From Candidatus Micrarchaeota archaeon (GTDB lineage Archaea; Micrarchaeota; Micrarchaeia; Anstonellales; Bilamarchaeaceae): a DNA stretch of 64,000 bases. Below the pieces are notes generated by a model. It was not told the DNA's origin, did no database searches, and worked only from the letters and a program-made list of their open reading frames with translations. The stretch's first letter is position 1; every line of letters starts with the position of its first letter. The stretch spans positions 6,476 through 70,475 of the forward strand of contig CAZPPT010000004.1 in assembly GCA_964588555.1 (NCBI GenBank), written 5' to 3'. Below are positions 9,528-17,509 of the stretch, one piece after another. A program made the translations under genes and the position numbers.

Positions 9528-9618
9528 GATTTGCGAGCGTTAATAAATAGTGTTGAAATAATGATTGTGATCCATCATATTTATAAGATTTGTCTTACAA
9601 ATAAGATCTGGTGATACT

Positions 9619-9864
9619 ATGAACGAAACGCTTGAGATTGGAAGAGTAAGCGCGCGTGGGCAAATCGCAATACCAATCGAAATACGAAAAGAGATGGGGC
9701 TCGATGAAGGTTCAAAGGTTCTTTTCTTTCTTGAGGATGACACACTTCTTATTAAGAAGGTAAGTAGCCAAACATGGGAACAAATCACTGCTCCGCTTAA
9801 GGCTGCAAAAAAGAAAATACGGGAGGGTGAAGTGGATGATTTGGTGCACCGGATGAGAAAATGA
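9619..9864 (+). CDS. vapB: AbrB/SpoVT-family antitoxin (VapB-like)
   Basis: SARGQIAIPIEIRKEMGLDEGSKVLF is a swapped-hairpin AbrB-type motif. The stop overlaps the ATG of the PIN gene (ATGA). Confidence 0.8.
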   Translation: MNETLEIGRVSARGQIAIPIEIRKEMGLDEGSKVLFFLEDDTLLIKKVSSQTWEQITAPLKAAKKKIREGEVDDLVHRMRK

Positions 9865-10286
9865 TGAAAGTTGTATTAGATACCAACGTTCTCGTTGCAG
9901 CGACGTTTTGGAAAGGCGAAGCAGATGACATTATTCAGTTAATTCAAGAAAGGAAGGTACTCGCTTTTTTGTCAAAAGAAATACTTGGTGAGTATCATAA
10001 AGTTATACGGAGCGATGAGATCATTGAAAAAATTGAAGAAAAGCATTTAACTGTAAAATTGACTGCGATCAAGATCGTGCACCTTTTCGAATTCGTTGAG
10101 CCTAAAAGAAAAATTAATTTTATTATCGATGATCCAGACGACAATAAAATAATAGAATGTGCAGTTGAGGCACAGAGCGACTTTATTATTACTTACGATC
10201 GTAGACATCTACTGAAGCATAATAAATTCGAAGAAATAAAGATTATTTCCCCAGCTGAATTTCTAAGAATTTATAGTCAAAGATGA
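9861..10286 (+). CDS. vapC: PIN-domain toxin (VapC-like)
   Basis: VVLDTNVLVAA at the N-terminus, DDNKIIECAVEA and ITYDRRHLL acidic positions typical of PIN. Confidence 0.8.
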   Translation: MMKVVLDTNVLVAATFWKGEADDIIQLIQERKVLAFLSKEILGEYHKVIRSDEIIEKIEEKHLTVKLTAIKIVHLFEFVEPKRKINFIIDDPDDNKIIECAVEAQSDFIITYDRRHLLKHNKFEEIKIISPAEFLRIYSQR

Positions 10287-10296
10287 GGTGTACGTC

Positions 10297-10803
10297 ATGA
10301 ATGAAACAATCCATATTATCCTGACAGGCGGAACAATCGACTCAGTATTTGACCCTGTAAAAGACGGCGTTGTCATCGGGAAGGAGACAGTAGTTGAGGA
10401 TTACCTAAAGAAGCTGCGGCTCCATAACTCCCTTGAAGTGACGCTTGCATTCCTTAAGGATTCGCGCGAGATCCGCCACGCTGACAGGAAAAAGCTTCTT
10501 GAACTCGTCCAAAAATCGCCACACAAAAAGATCCTTATCACGCACGGCACGTACACGATGCCTGACTCTGCCCAGTACCTTAAGGAAAACATTGCAAAAA
10601 CGAGCAAGACAATCGTCTTTACCGGCTCAATGGTCCCCTTAACTGGTTTTCAGTTTTCAGATGCGGCATTTAACTTAGGCTATGCAATCGGACAACTTCA
10701 GTCATTAAAACCAGGTGTGTATGTGTGCATGAACGGCAAGGCATTTGATCCGGATAGGGTGGACAAGAACACGGTCCAGGGGAGATTTGAAGAGATCGGT
10801 TAG
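10297..10803 (+). CDS. asparaginase N-terminal-domain-like protein
   Basis: IILTGGTIDS (the TGGTI threonine motif) and ITHGTYTM. Only ~168 aa, so a single domain. ATG at 10297 follows GAGGTG. Confidence 0.6.
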   Translation: MNETIHIILTGGTIDSVFDPVKDGVVIGKETVVEDYLKKLRLHNSLEVTLAFLKDSREIRHADRKKLLELVQKSPHKKILITHGTYTMPDSAQYLKENIAKTSKTIVFTGSMVPLTGFQFSDAAFNLGYAIGQLQSLKPGVYVCMNGKAFDPDRVDKNTVQGRFEEIG

Positions 10804-10815
10804 GCGGCGCAAAAC

Positions 10816-11607
10816 ATGCTTGAACTTATCCTCCTTAAATTTTTTGTCGCAGTTGGCGCAGTCCTTGGTTTATCCCTTATCTCAGAACGCATGAGCCCCG
10901 CCACAGCAGGATTTTTGGCCGGTCTTCCAACGGGAACTGCAATTTCTCTTTTCTTTTTTGGACTTGAACACGGGACTGATTTTGCAGCACAAAGTGCAGT
11001 GCATAATCTTTCAGGAATGGTTGCGCTACAGGTCTTCATTTTCTTATATTATGTCGTTTCCGTTCGAATTAAAATTACAAATATTTTTACGATCGCACTC
11101 GTTACTATTATTTCAGTTATCGGATACGCGCTTTCTGTCTATGTAATCAACGCCCTCCATCTTGATCTTTTTGGCTCGGTTCTTGCGCTTATTATTTCGA
11201 TTCCGTTTTTTATCTATTTATTCCGACGGATCGAACCCGCCCGCATCAATGGTGCAGTCACGCTTTCATTTCCCGTACTCGGCATTCGGTCGGTCATTGC
11301 CTCATCTATCATTGTCACCGTTATCTCGATTGCCGGCTCAGTTGGTCCGGCATGGGCGGGCCTTTTCTCCGCATTTCCAACAACGTTGTTTCCCCTTATA
11401 CTCATAACACACCTTACCTACGGAATAAAACCAACCCATGCACTTATCAAACGAGTTCCCGAAGGATTAGGTGGGATGCTTATCTATGGGCTAGGCGTTT
11501 TCTTTACGTACCCGTCGCTTGGGATTTACATAGGTACGATTGCCTCATACGCGCTCGTATTTTTTTATGTCCTGTCGTATCGGATGTTTGCGTTTCGTTC
11601 TCGGTAG
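10816..11607 (+). CDS. polytopic membrane protein
   Basis: 263 aa, about 8 hydrophobic segments, no family recognised. Confidence 0.6.
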   Translation: MLELILLKFFVAVGAVLGLSLISERMSPATAGFLAGLPTGTAISLFFFGLEHGTDFAAQSAVHNLSGMVALQVFIFLYYVVSVRIKITNIFTIALVTIISVIGYALSVYVINALHLDLFGSVLALIISIPFFIYLFRRIEPARINGAVTLSFPVLGIRSVIASSIIVTVISIAGSVGPAWAGLFSAFPTTLFPLILITHLTYGIKPTHALIKRVPEGLGGMLIYGLGVFFTYPSLGIYIGTIASYALVFFYVLSYRMFAFRSR

Positions 11608-11611
11608 CTAT

Positions 11612-12403
11612 TTACAGCCTGAGCATCTCATCCCTTAACTCATCATATGTGGCAGGGAAAAACAGGTCCCATTCAAAGCAGCGGAGCATATCCTTATCTA
11701 TTAGCTCGACAACCTCGCTTCCAAGCGAACTCGAAAGGATCGTCCGCACCTCCTTTGCCTGACGCCTTACCTTTGCAACGGCCTCCTCCTTCGTGAGGCC
11801 AAAGGCGGTTGTGCTGCAAAATGCGATGATCTCAACAGGGCGCTCCCCATGCGTTATCCGGTCGAGTAACCTGTTCCACATCGCAATCTCACGGTCAAGG
11901 CGTACGACTTCTTCTGAACTTTCCTGCATGTACTTTGCCTTTTTTGATTCGGCAGCGCTCCGCTTTGTTTTTATTTCGTCAATGTGCTTCGACAAGTCAA
12001 CAGCGGCAATCAAGAGCGATATCTTTACGATGTACTTAAGCGAGCTGATCGCCTTTTCAAATGACTCAAAAAGAAGCCGCTTTTGTTCGTGCTCCTTATC
12101 CATGCTCGATTCATAGAACTTGATCTCAAGGAACTTCGCGGCATAATACCCGTTCTCCGCCTTCTTGATGATAAAGTCGCGCGTTGGCGCCACCTCGTGG
12201 CCGTTTCGTACCTCTACGATATTTGTCGCACGCGTGATCACCGGGATAATGAGATACCCATAATTCCAGAATATGACGCTTACCATAAATGAAATCGCTG
12301 CAAGCGCGATAAGGATCGTATTTGAAAGCGCAAGGCCTGCAAGTATTGCGATGATCCCCCCGACCAGGGGTATAAACGTAACTGCGCGGTTTAGGTATGC
12401 CAT
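11612..12403 (-). CDS. membrane-anchored coiled-coil protein
   Basis: Two N-terminal TM segments, then a charged helical region (IDEIKTKRSAAESKKAKYMQESSEEVVRLDREIAMWNRLL). Confidence 0.55.
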   Translation of the reverse strand: MAYLNRAVTFIPLVGGIIAILAGLALSNTILIALAAISFMVSVIFWNYGYLIIPVITRATNIVEVRNGHEVAPTRDFIIKKAENGYYAAKFLEIKFYESSMDKEHEQKRLLFESFEKAISSLKYIVKISLLIAAVDLSKHIDEIKTKRSAAESKKAKYMQESSEEVVRLDREIAMWNRLLDRITHGERPVEIIAFCSTTAFGLTKEEAVAKVRRQAKEVRTILSSSLGSEVVELIDKDMLRCFEWDLFFPATYDELRDEMLRL

Positions 12404-12412
12404 CGTTTCACC

Positions 12413-13477
12413 TTATACAAGACTGAAAAGTCCCAGTTCCCCTCCAAGGATATTTCCAAGTTCCTTAATAAATATCACACTTAGGAATAGTGAAAAAATC
12501 GGCGCAACGAGCAGGTAGAAGTATAATGCCGAAAGCGCCGCGCTGTTTGCCTGCACTGCGACCGTAAGGTCGCTTGTGAGGTCGACGGCCGTTAGGTTTA
12601 TCGACTGGTTGAGCGTACTGTTTGTCTGGTTTGTAGCATTGCTTATTCTTCCTGAGAGAAGGTCGATACGCTGCGCAATTGCGTTGTTGTCATTAAGGTC
12701 AACAATCGGCACAAGCCCGTACGCCGTGTTGTTCGTGATATTTTGCATGATGCCATATGCCTGGTTTGTTTCTTCGTATGGGTTATCAAATATCATGATA
12801 AATGAGGGGTATATGAGGTAGAGTCCGATCGCAAGTGCCAAGAGAAAGCCGCCGAACCTGCGCGTTGCAAAGAACATCCTGAACAAAAGGCCGACGCTGA
12901 AAAGAAGCGCAAGGGCACTCACGCTGATAAAGTCAATAAATTGTAAGTTAATGTTTATGAGCATGGTAAGAAACTGCATGTTTGCCCCCTGGGCTGAAAG
13001 TATGTCCGAAACCGACGCAAGGTTCTCAAGCGGCCGTATCGAAAAATAGCCAAAATCAAGGCTTAGTGTCTGGTAATACCCAAGTATCTGAAGAACCCCC
13101 ACCGTTTCTTGGAAAAGGCCGCCAAGCGTAGGTACCAATGACGTCCGTATGCCGCACCCAAGCTCATCAATCGGAACTCCCGTACTACATGCCTTTGCCG
13201 TGCTTTTGCCCACTTCAGTAATCGTTGCAATAAGTACTGCCGCACTTCCAAAAAGCGCTGCATTGATGAGCGCCTGGGTGAGTTCTTCGATCCCAAATCG
13301 CTCGATCTTTTTATACCCAAGCCCCCTTCCAAGGCCGATAAGGATGCCTGCAAGGATGATTGACGCCGTTACGATAAGGATGGGTATTTGAGATTCAAGT
13401 AAAGTAGCCATACGCTCATATACATCGGGCGATAAAAGTTTATAAAGATTCGCGGTCGTATCGCATTCACAGACCAT
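12413..13477 (-). CDS. polytopic membrane protein with sequon-rich loop
   Basis: 354 aa, about 7 TM segments. One loop, NATNQTNSTLNQSINLT, is dense in N-x-S/T sequons. The overall look is VirB6/TrbL-like, but that is only an impression. Confidence 0.55.
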   Translation of the reverse strand: MVCECDTTANLYKLLSPDVYERMATLLESQIPILIVTASIILAGILIGLGRGLGYKKIERFGIEELTQALINAALFGSAAVLIATITEVGKSTAKACSTGVPIDELGCGIRTSLVPTLGGLFQETVGVLQILGYYQTLSLDFGYFSIRPLENLASVSDILSAQGANMQFLTMLININLQFIDFISVSALALLFSVGLLFRMFFATRRFGGFLLALAIGLYLIYPSFIMIFDNPYEETNQAYGIMQNITNNTAYGLVPIVDLNDNNAIAQRIDLLSGRISNATNQTNSTLNQSINLTAVDLTSDLTVAVQANSAALSALYFYLLVAPIFSLFLSVIFIKELGNILGGELGLFSLV

Positions 13478-13506
13478 TTATAAACTTTTTTTGACATATT
13501 TACTCC

Positions 13507-14349
13507 ATGACTTATCTACTAAAAAATAAACCAGCCAGGCCGAATGGCGGACGAATGCACGATCGTTTGCTTGATGCGCGGCCGACTGACCCACAACACA
13601 ACCGTACCTTTCTTGAGGCGGAATTCCGTAAGCGACCTGTCTTTGGCGACCCCTCCGAGGTTATCGAATCCCTTGCATTGGCGCACAGGATGTCCCCGCG
13701 CGTATTTCGCTTAACCATGGCCCCCCTTTCTCTTGAGGAAGTGCTTGATGCGGTCATAGCCGAAAAAATTACTGCTGCACTAAGTAGTTCAAAAACTATT
13801 ACTGCAGCAGCGAGGCAATTGGGGATTAGCCAACCAGTTTTTTCAAGGCATATGAAGCGTCTGCATATTAAGAAAGATCCATCAGTTATACAAAAATCTA
13901 AAAAACCTACTAAGGAGCAACGCCGCGCCAGGCGGGAGCAGTGCCGCACCCTTCGAAAAAAGAATTTAGATATACTTGAAGCCTCATTTGCCGAGCCGGT
14001 CTCAAAAGTGAATCAAGCAGCCATTGAGGCGTATGTGCGTTTGCGTAACCCATTTAGGGACCGAATTAACCTTGATCGCCTGGCAGCCCATTTTACGGTG
14101 CAGAAAAAGGCACTGGGTGCCCATCTTGAAAAAGAGGGCATCAATCTAAGGCAAATTCTTGATGGATACATTAAAGAGCTTATCCTATGTGCCATTGAGA
14201 CCTCTGAGACGGTCTCTGAGGCTGCGCGTGCATTGGGAATTCAGACTTCAATGTTTTACGCCCATACGTCGCGCCTTGGTATTAAGCCAGCTGAGCATCT
14301 GGGAAAACGTTTAGGCGAGGCGTTTGAAGCCCCGTATTTGAAGAAATAG
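13507..14349 (+). CDS. protein with two Fis-type HTH motifs
   Basis: ITAAARQLGISQPVFSRHMKRLHIK and VSEAARALGIQTSMFYAHTSRLGIK both fit the NtrC/Fis C-terminal HTH pattern. Basic linker between them. Confidence 0.55.
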   Translation: MTYLLKNKPARPNGGRMHDRLLDARPTDPQHNRTFLEAEFRKRPVFGDPSEVIESLALAHRMSPRVFRLTMAPLSLEEVLDAVIAEKITAALSSSKTITAAARQLGISQPVFSRHMKRLHIKKDPSVIQKSKKPTKEQRRARREQCRTLRKKNLDILEASFAEPVSKVNQAAIEAYVRLRNPFRDRINLDRLAAHFTVQKKALGAHLEKEGINLRQILDGYIKELILCAIETSETVSEAARALGIQTSMFYAHTSRLGIKPAEHLGKRLGEAFEAPYLKK

Positions 14350-14377
14350 AAAAAAGCGCCTCCGCCGGGAATGTCAG

Positions 14378-14475
14378 TTTCGCCCTTGCGCTTTTAGGAA
14401 AAGCGCCCAAAACTGGGATTTCAAGGGCGAGCCCCAAAAACAAATTTGACCTGTGCAAATCCTTTTGGTTTTGGG
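14378..14475 (-). repeat. conserved intron module, copy 1 (tRNA-Asp T-loop intron)
   Basis: Plus strand reads tttcgccc ... gggcgagccccaaaaac-loop-ggttttggg. See the finding on the shared module. Confidence 0.6.
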
Positions 14476-14554
14476 ATAATGCGTAGACCTTTGCCATTTG
14501 GTTTTCTAATTCAAAGGGCTTCGCCTTCGAACCCGGGTCGCGAGAGCTCCGTTA

Positions 14555-14631
14555 TTTCGCCCTTTTTAACGCTTCTATATTTCTTGCGTCAAAAAGGTCG
14601 AGCCCCAAAACATGGAAAACCAGTTTTTGGG
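14555..14631 (-). repeat. conserved intron module, copy 2 (tRNA-Asp anticodon intron)
   Basis: Plus strand reads tttcgccc ... ggtcgagccccaaaac-atggaaaacca-gtttttggg. Confidence 0.55.
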
Positions 14632-14749
14632 CTGCCTTTTTTCTAAAAAGGCAGAATGACAGTCTCGTATGCTAACCAATGTGCATTAATCTAAGTAGGA
14701 TTAATACTACACTACAGAGGCTAAAGAGATATATCATGTGTAAAAGAGT

Positions 14750-15922
14750 TTAAATGCCTTGCTTTTTTTCTTGCCTCTGTTTTTCCCGTGCTATGGCGTC
14801 TTGCGCTTGCTTTCTTATGGCGGAGTCGTCAGTTTTTTCAGCTATAAACATAAATAAGGCGATACTGTCGTGCGGCAGCTCACTTACATGTTCGCATAAG
14901 AAGCTTAATGCACGTTTATTTCCTCTTCTCGCAAGCCAGAAAAGAGCGTGCCATTCTTGATTAGTTTCCAATCGTTTACTATTTTTAGTAAAATAATCTT
15001 CAAGCGCCCTTTGCGCTTCAGGCGCCGCGCAATCCCACACATGCGGATAGACATACCCTTCGGTGCGATCCCATAGCTTAAATAATTTCCCCGTCGCATA
15101 CAATCGAACCGCCGTTCTTGTTTCATTTCTTAGTATGTCCCCCATTGCGCCGTAGGTTACATCCCGGCTCCCCGTCATAAACATGCGAACTATCGTGTCT
15201 ACTGCGTATCTGCCAGTATCGTCGTAATGCGACTGCCGTGCCGTGCGTGCAAGTGCGTATATTCTGTTGCCGTAGCTAAGCGCTTGCCCTGCAATTGCAT
15301 CAATCGCCGCCCTTCGTGTTTTTGCATGCGGATGAATCGCCCCACTCCTTGGCAATATCCATCGCGTACTCGTTTTGGCAAGTTCTTCGATGTGTTTTCC
15401 AAGTTCAATGCATACGCTTTCAGGAAAAACGGAGGCCGCCGAATCAATGGGCCACCAGCGTTTCTTTTCTATAAGCAGCTCTATAAGTGGTGTGTAATGA
15501 GGCGGATCAAGTTTAAGTGCGGCTATGCCAAGTATGTACGATGCAAGCTCAACAGAGTTTTCTTCGCGTGCAATGCGGCATACCTCCATAGGCGTCCCGT
15601 AGATGCTTTGCCAGGTATACTGCGTTCCATTAACAGCGATTGTAATCGGGTCCCCACGTATTTGTACCCCCGTTGGTACAAAATCCCGTATTGAAAAACC
15701 TTCACTATGGATATCCCCCCATGTTGCAATCCGTGCAAGTCTTCGTATTGCGTCTTCGCGCGCGTCCGGGCGTAGTCCTGCAATAAGTACGAGGTTTGGC
15801 GTGCCCAACGCGGCTACTTCGGCTCGTAGTGTGTCAGTTTGCACCTGCCCTATGTGCCTCATTACCTGGTTTAGTGGCTTGGCCCATGGTGAAACATTCG
15901 ACCTTAATTGTGTCCTTTGCAT
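14750..15922 (-). CDS. hypothetical alpha-helical protein
   Basis: Long ORF. The track start at 16066 lies 2 nt from the divergent mrp ATG, so I placed the start at the internal Met MQRTQLRS (15922). The start is uncertain. No family recognised. Confidence 0.5.
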   Translation of the reverse strand: MQRTQLRSNVSPWAKPLNQVMRHIGQVQTDTLRAEVAALGTPNLVLIAGLRPDAREDAIRRLARIATWGDIHSEGFSIRDFVPTGVQIRGDPITIAVNGTQYTWQSIYGTPMEVCRIAREENSVELASYILGIAALKLDPPHYTPLIELLIEKKRWWPIDSAASVFPESVCIELGKHIEELAKTSTRWILPRSGAIHPHAKTRRAAIDAIAGQALSYGNRIYALARTARQSHYDDTGRYAVDTIVRMFMTGSRDVTYGAMGDILRNETRTAVRLYATGKLFKLWDRTEGYVYPHVWDCAAPEAQRALEDYFTKNSKRLETNQEWHALFWLARRGNKRALSFLCEHVSELPHDSIALFMFIAEKTDDSAIRKQAQDAIAREKQRQEKKQGI

Positions 15923-16068
15923 AACTGGTATGGGTAGGAAAAGCATTAAGAATATGTTTCTGCGTAATACTATCGATAACGATGAATGTACCGTCCCAGA
16001 CACAGCTTCGGCGATGACGACAAGAGTAGCTACTGAGTTATCGAAACTTTTTATGGAGCACATCATGC

Positions 16069-16836
16069 ATGGTCACGACAGAAGAATTCCGCTCCCAGTT
16101 TGCTAAAGGGGTCAAGCAGCAGTGGGTAATTAGTGAGAATATAAAAAACATCAAAACCCGTATCGCAGTCTGGAGCGCGAAAGGCGGAGTGGGAAAAACG
16201 ACATTTGCAGTTAATCTTGCATATGCACTAGCAGAAAAAACAAACACAGGTCTACTTGATGCAGATATTGATTGTCCCAATGTATTTGCTGCCCTTAACA
16301 TCACTGAGCGCCATATTGCAAGCGGAGGTAAAATTCTTCCAGTCAGAAGGGGAAACCTTGAACTGGTGAGTATGGGCGGCATCACTTCGGATACCATCTT
16401 GTGGCGCGGCCCGCTTGTTTCACAAGCGCTTTCCCAATTTCTATCAGGGGTTGCATGGAATGTAGAAACGCTTGTTGTTGACCTTTCACCGGGTTCAAGC
16501 GACGTACCCATCACTATTACAGAACTTCTCAAGCCAACTGGTTTTATCATCATTACAACAAGCGACGAAATGGCGCTTTTGGATGCGCGTAAAAGTATCC
16601 AGTTCGCAAAGAAACTCCGCTTTCCCATTATCGGCATTGTTGAGAACATGTCGGGGGATGTTTTTGGAAGCGGTGGCGGGGAACAATTGGCAGAAGAATT
16701 CAATATCCCGTTTTTAGGATCGTTACCGCTTGATAAGAAAATACGGGAGCATATGCAAAATAATGTGCCACTGCACAAGACGGAGTTTAAGGAGGTGTTT
16801 GAAAAAACGGTGGAAAGAATTAGGGTAGAAAAATAA
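16069..16836 (+). CDS. Mrp/ApbC/NBP35-family Fe-S cluster carrier ATPase
   Basis: Deviant Walker A WSAKGGVGKTT, DADIDCPN and DLSPGSSD motifs, 255 aa. Confidence 0.85.
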   Translation: MVTTEEFRSQFAKGVKQQWVISENIKNIKTRIAVWSAKGGVGKTTFAVNLAYALAEKTNTGLLDADIDCPNVFAALNITERHIASGGKILPVRRGNLELVSMGGITSDTILWRGPLVSQALSQFLSGVAWNVETLVVDLSPGSSDVPITITELLKPTGFIIITTSDEMALLDARKSIQFAKKLRFPIIGIVENMSGDVFGSGGGEQLAEEFNIPFLGSLPLDKKIREHMQNNVPLHKTEFKEVFEKTVERIRVEK

Positions 16837-17191
16837 CTCCTTCTATATTTTCAAATTGTGGATCTCCTGTAAGAAATGGTACGCGTAATGCACGTGCGGT
16901 TACATACCCCATACAATCGGCATATGAAAGTTTTTTGCTTTTATGTTGTAATCGAAACTCAGCTGCTTCTATGAGAAGGTTATTATTAACCGATATTTCA
17001 AATTCTTCAAATGTTTTGTACTGCTTTTGTGCTTCCTCTTTTCTAATTCCTATTCTTCGTAGATTATAGTAGAGTTCGATAAGATTAAACTGGGTAGTCA
17101 AGTATCTAAATCCTCTTTTGTACTGTTCATATGCAGTATTTCCATTTATAATTTGGAAAATAGCGTATGTATCTAAAAAAATTGCACTCAT
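16820..17191 (-). CDS. vapC: PIN-domain toxin (VapC-like)
   Basis: MSAIFLDTYAI..., SYADCMGYVTA and FLTGDPQF. The start overlaps the antitoxin stop (TGATG). Paralog of 29030..29407. Confidence 0.8.
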   Translation of the reverse strand: MSAIFLDTYAIFQIINGNTAYEQYKRGFRYLTTQFNLIELYYNLRRIGIRKEEAQKQYKTFEEFEISVNNNLLIEAAEFRLQHKSKKLSYADCMGYVTARALRVPFLTGDPQFENIEGVIFLP

Positions 17192-17403
17192 CAATCCCAG
17201 CTCTCCCTGCACATTTCCTTAAACTTGCGTGCTGAAACGCCCGTTTTAAGAGAGCCAAATATATGGCCTAGGTCAGCATGTTTTTCAACTGAAATATGTA
17301 TTTTGTCCCCTTCCTTTATGCCTTCTTTTTCTGCAATTTCCTTAGGTATTATCACTGCCAGGGAAGAACCCCATTTTTTTGTTATACTTTCAATCTCATG
17401 CAT
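17191..17403 (-). CDS. vapB: AbrB/MazE-type antitoxin (VapB-like)
   Basis: KKWGSSLAVIIPKEIAEKEGIKEGDKIHI. Paralog of 28821..29030. Confidence 0.8.
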   Translation of the reverse strand: MHEIESITKKWGSSLAVIIPKEIAEKEGIKEGDKIHISVEKHADLGHIFGSLKTGVSARKFKEMCRESWD

Positions 17404-17509
17404 AATATCACTAAATAATATTATTTTAAGTAATATTTATAAACACATATAAAGACACAGTCACGATTTGTTTTTAAATGTTATTATTTATATAATAATA
17501 TGTGATTAA

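Larger units (their letters stand above)
14357..14721 (-). tRNA. tRNA-Asp (GUC) with three introns
   Basis: Exons 14706..14721, 14657..14679, 14526..14546 and 14357..14370 join to GCCTCTG TA GTGT AGTTTGGTTA GCAT A CGAGA CTGTCAC TCTCG CGAC CCGGG TTCGAAT CCCGG CGGAGGC G (74 nt). Anticodon and T stems are perfect, the discriminator is G73, and oligo-T follows. Introns are 26, 110 and 155 nt, the first two with BHB-type junctions. Confidence 0.8.

Noticed and set aside
14350-14650. Read on the plus strand, this region and its relative at 43240..43600 looked like a pair of stand-alone structured ncRNAs (SRP RNA or RNase P RNA were considered).
   Set aside because: I found no SRP or RNase P conserved motifs. 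On the minus strand the flanking pieces assemble into complete tRNA-Asp and tRNA-Ser cloverleaves, so the conserved segments are better explained as intron content.
14680-14712. Alternative parse of tRNA-Asp, with the first intron between positions 9 and 10 and an ATGC/GCAT D stem.
   Set aside because: The D-loop placement (GTGT/GCAT stem, intron 14680..14705) gives a textbook BHB (TGTA/TGCA helix, 3-nt bulges, 6-bp inner helix) and a normal AGUUUGGUUA D-loop. The 9/10 parse gives no BHB.
15923-16066. The N-terminal 48 codons of the 14750..16066 ORF.
   Set aside because: That start would lie 2 nt from the divergent mrp ATG, leaving no promoter space. The segment is hydrophobic and atypical, so an internal Met was preferred, though the start is uncertain.
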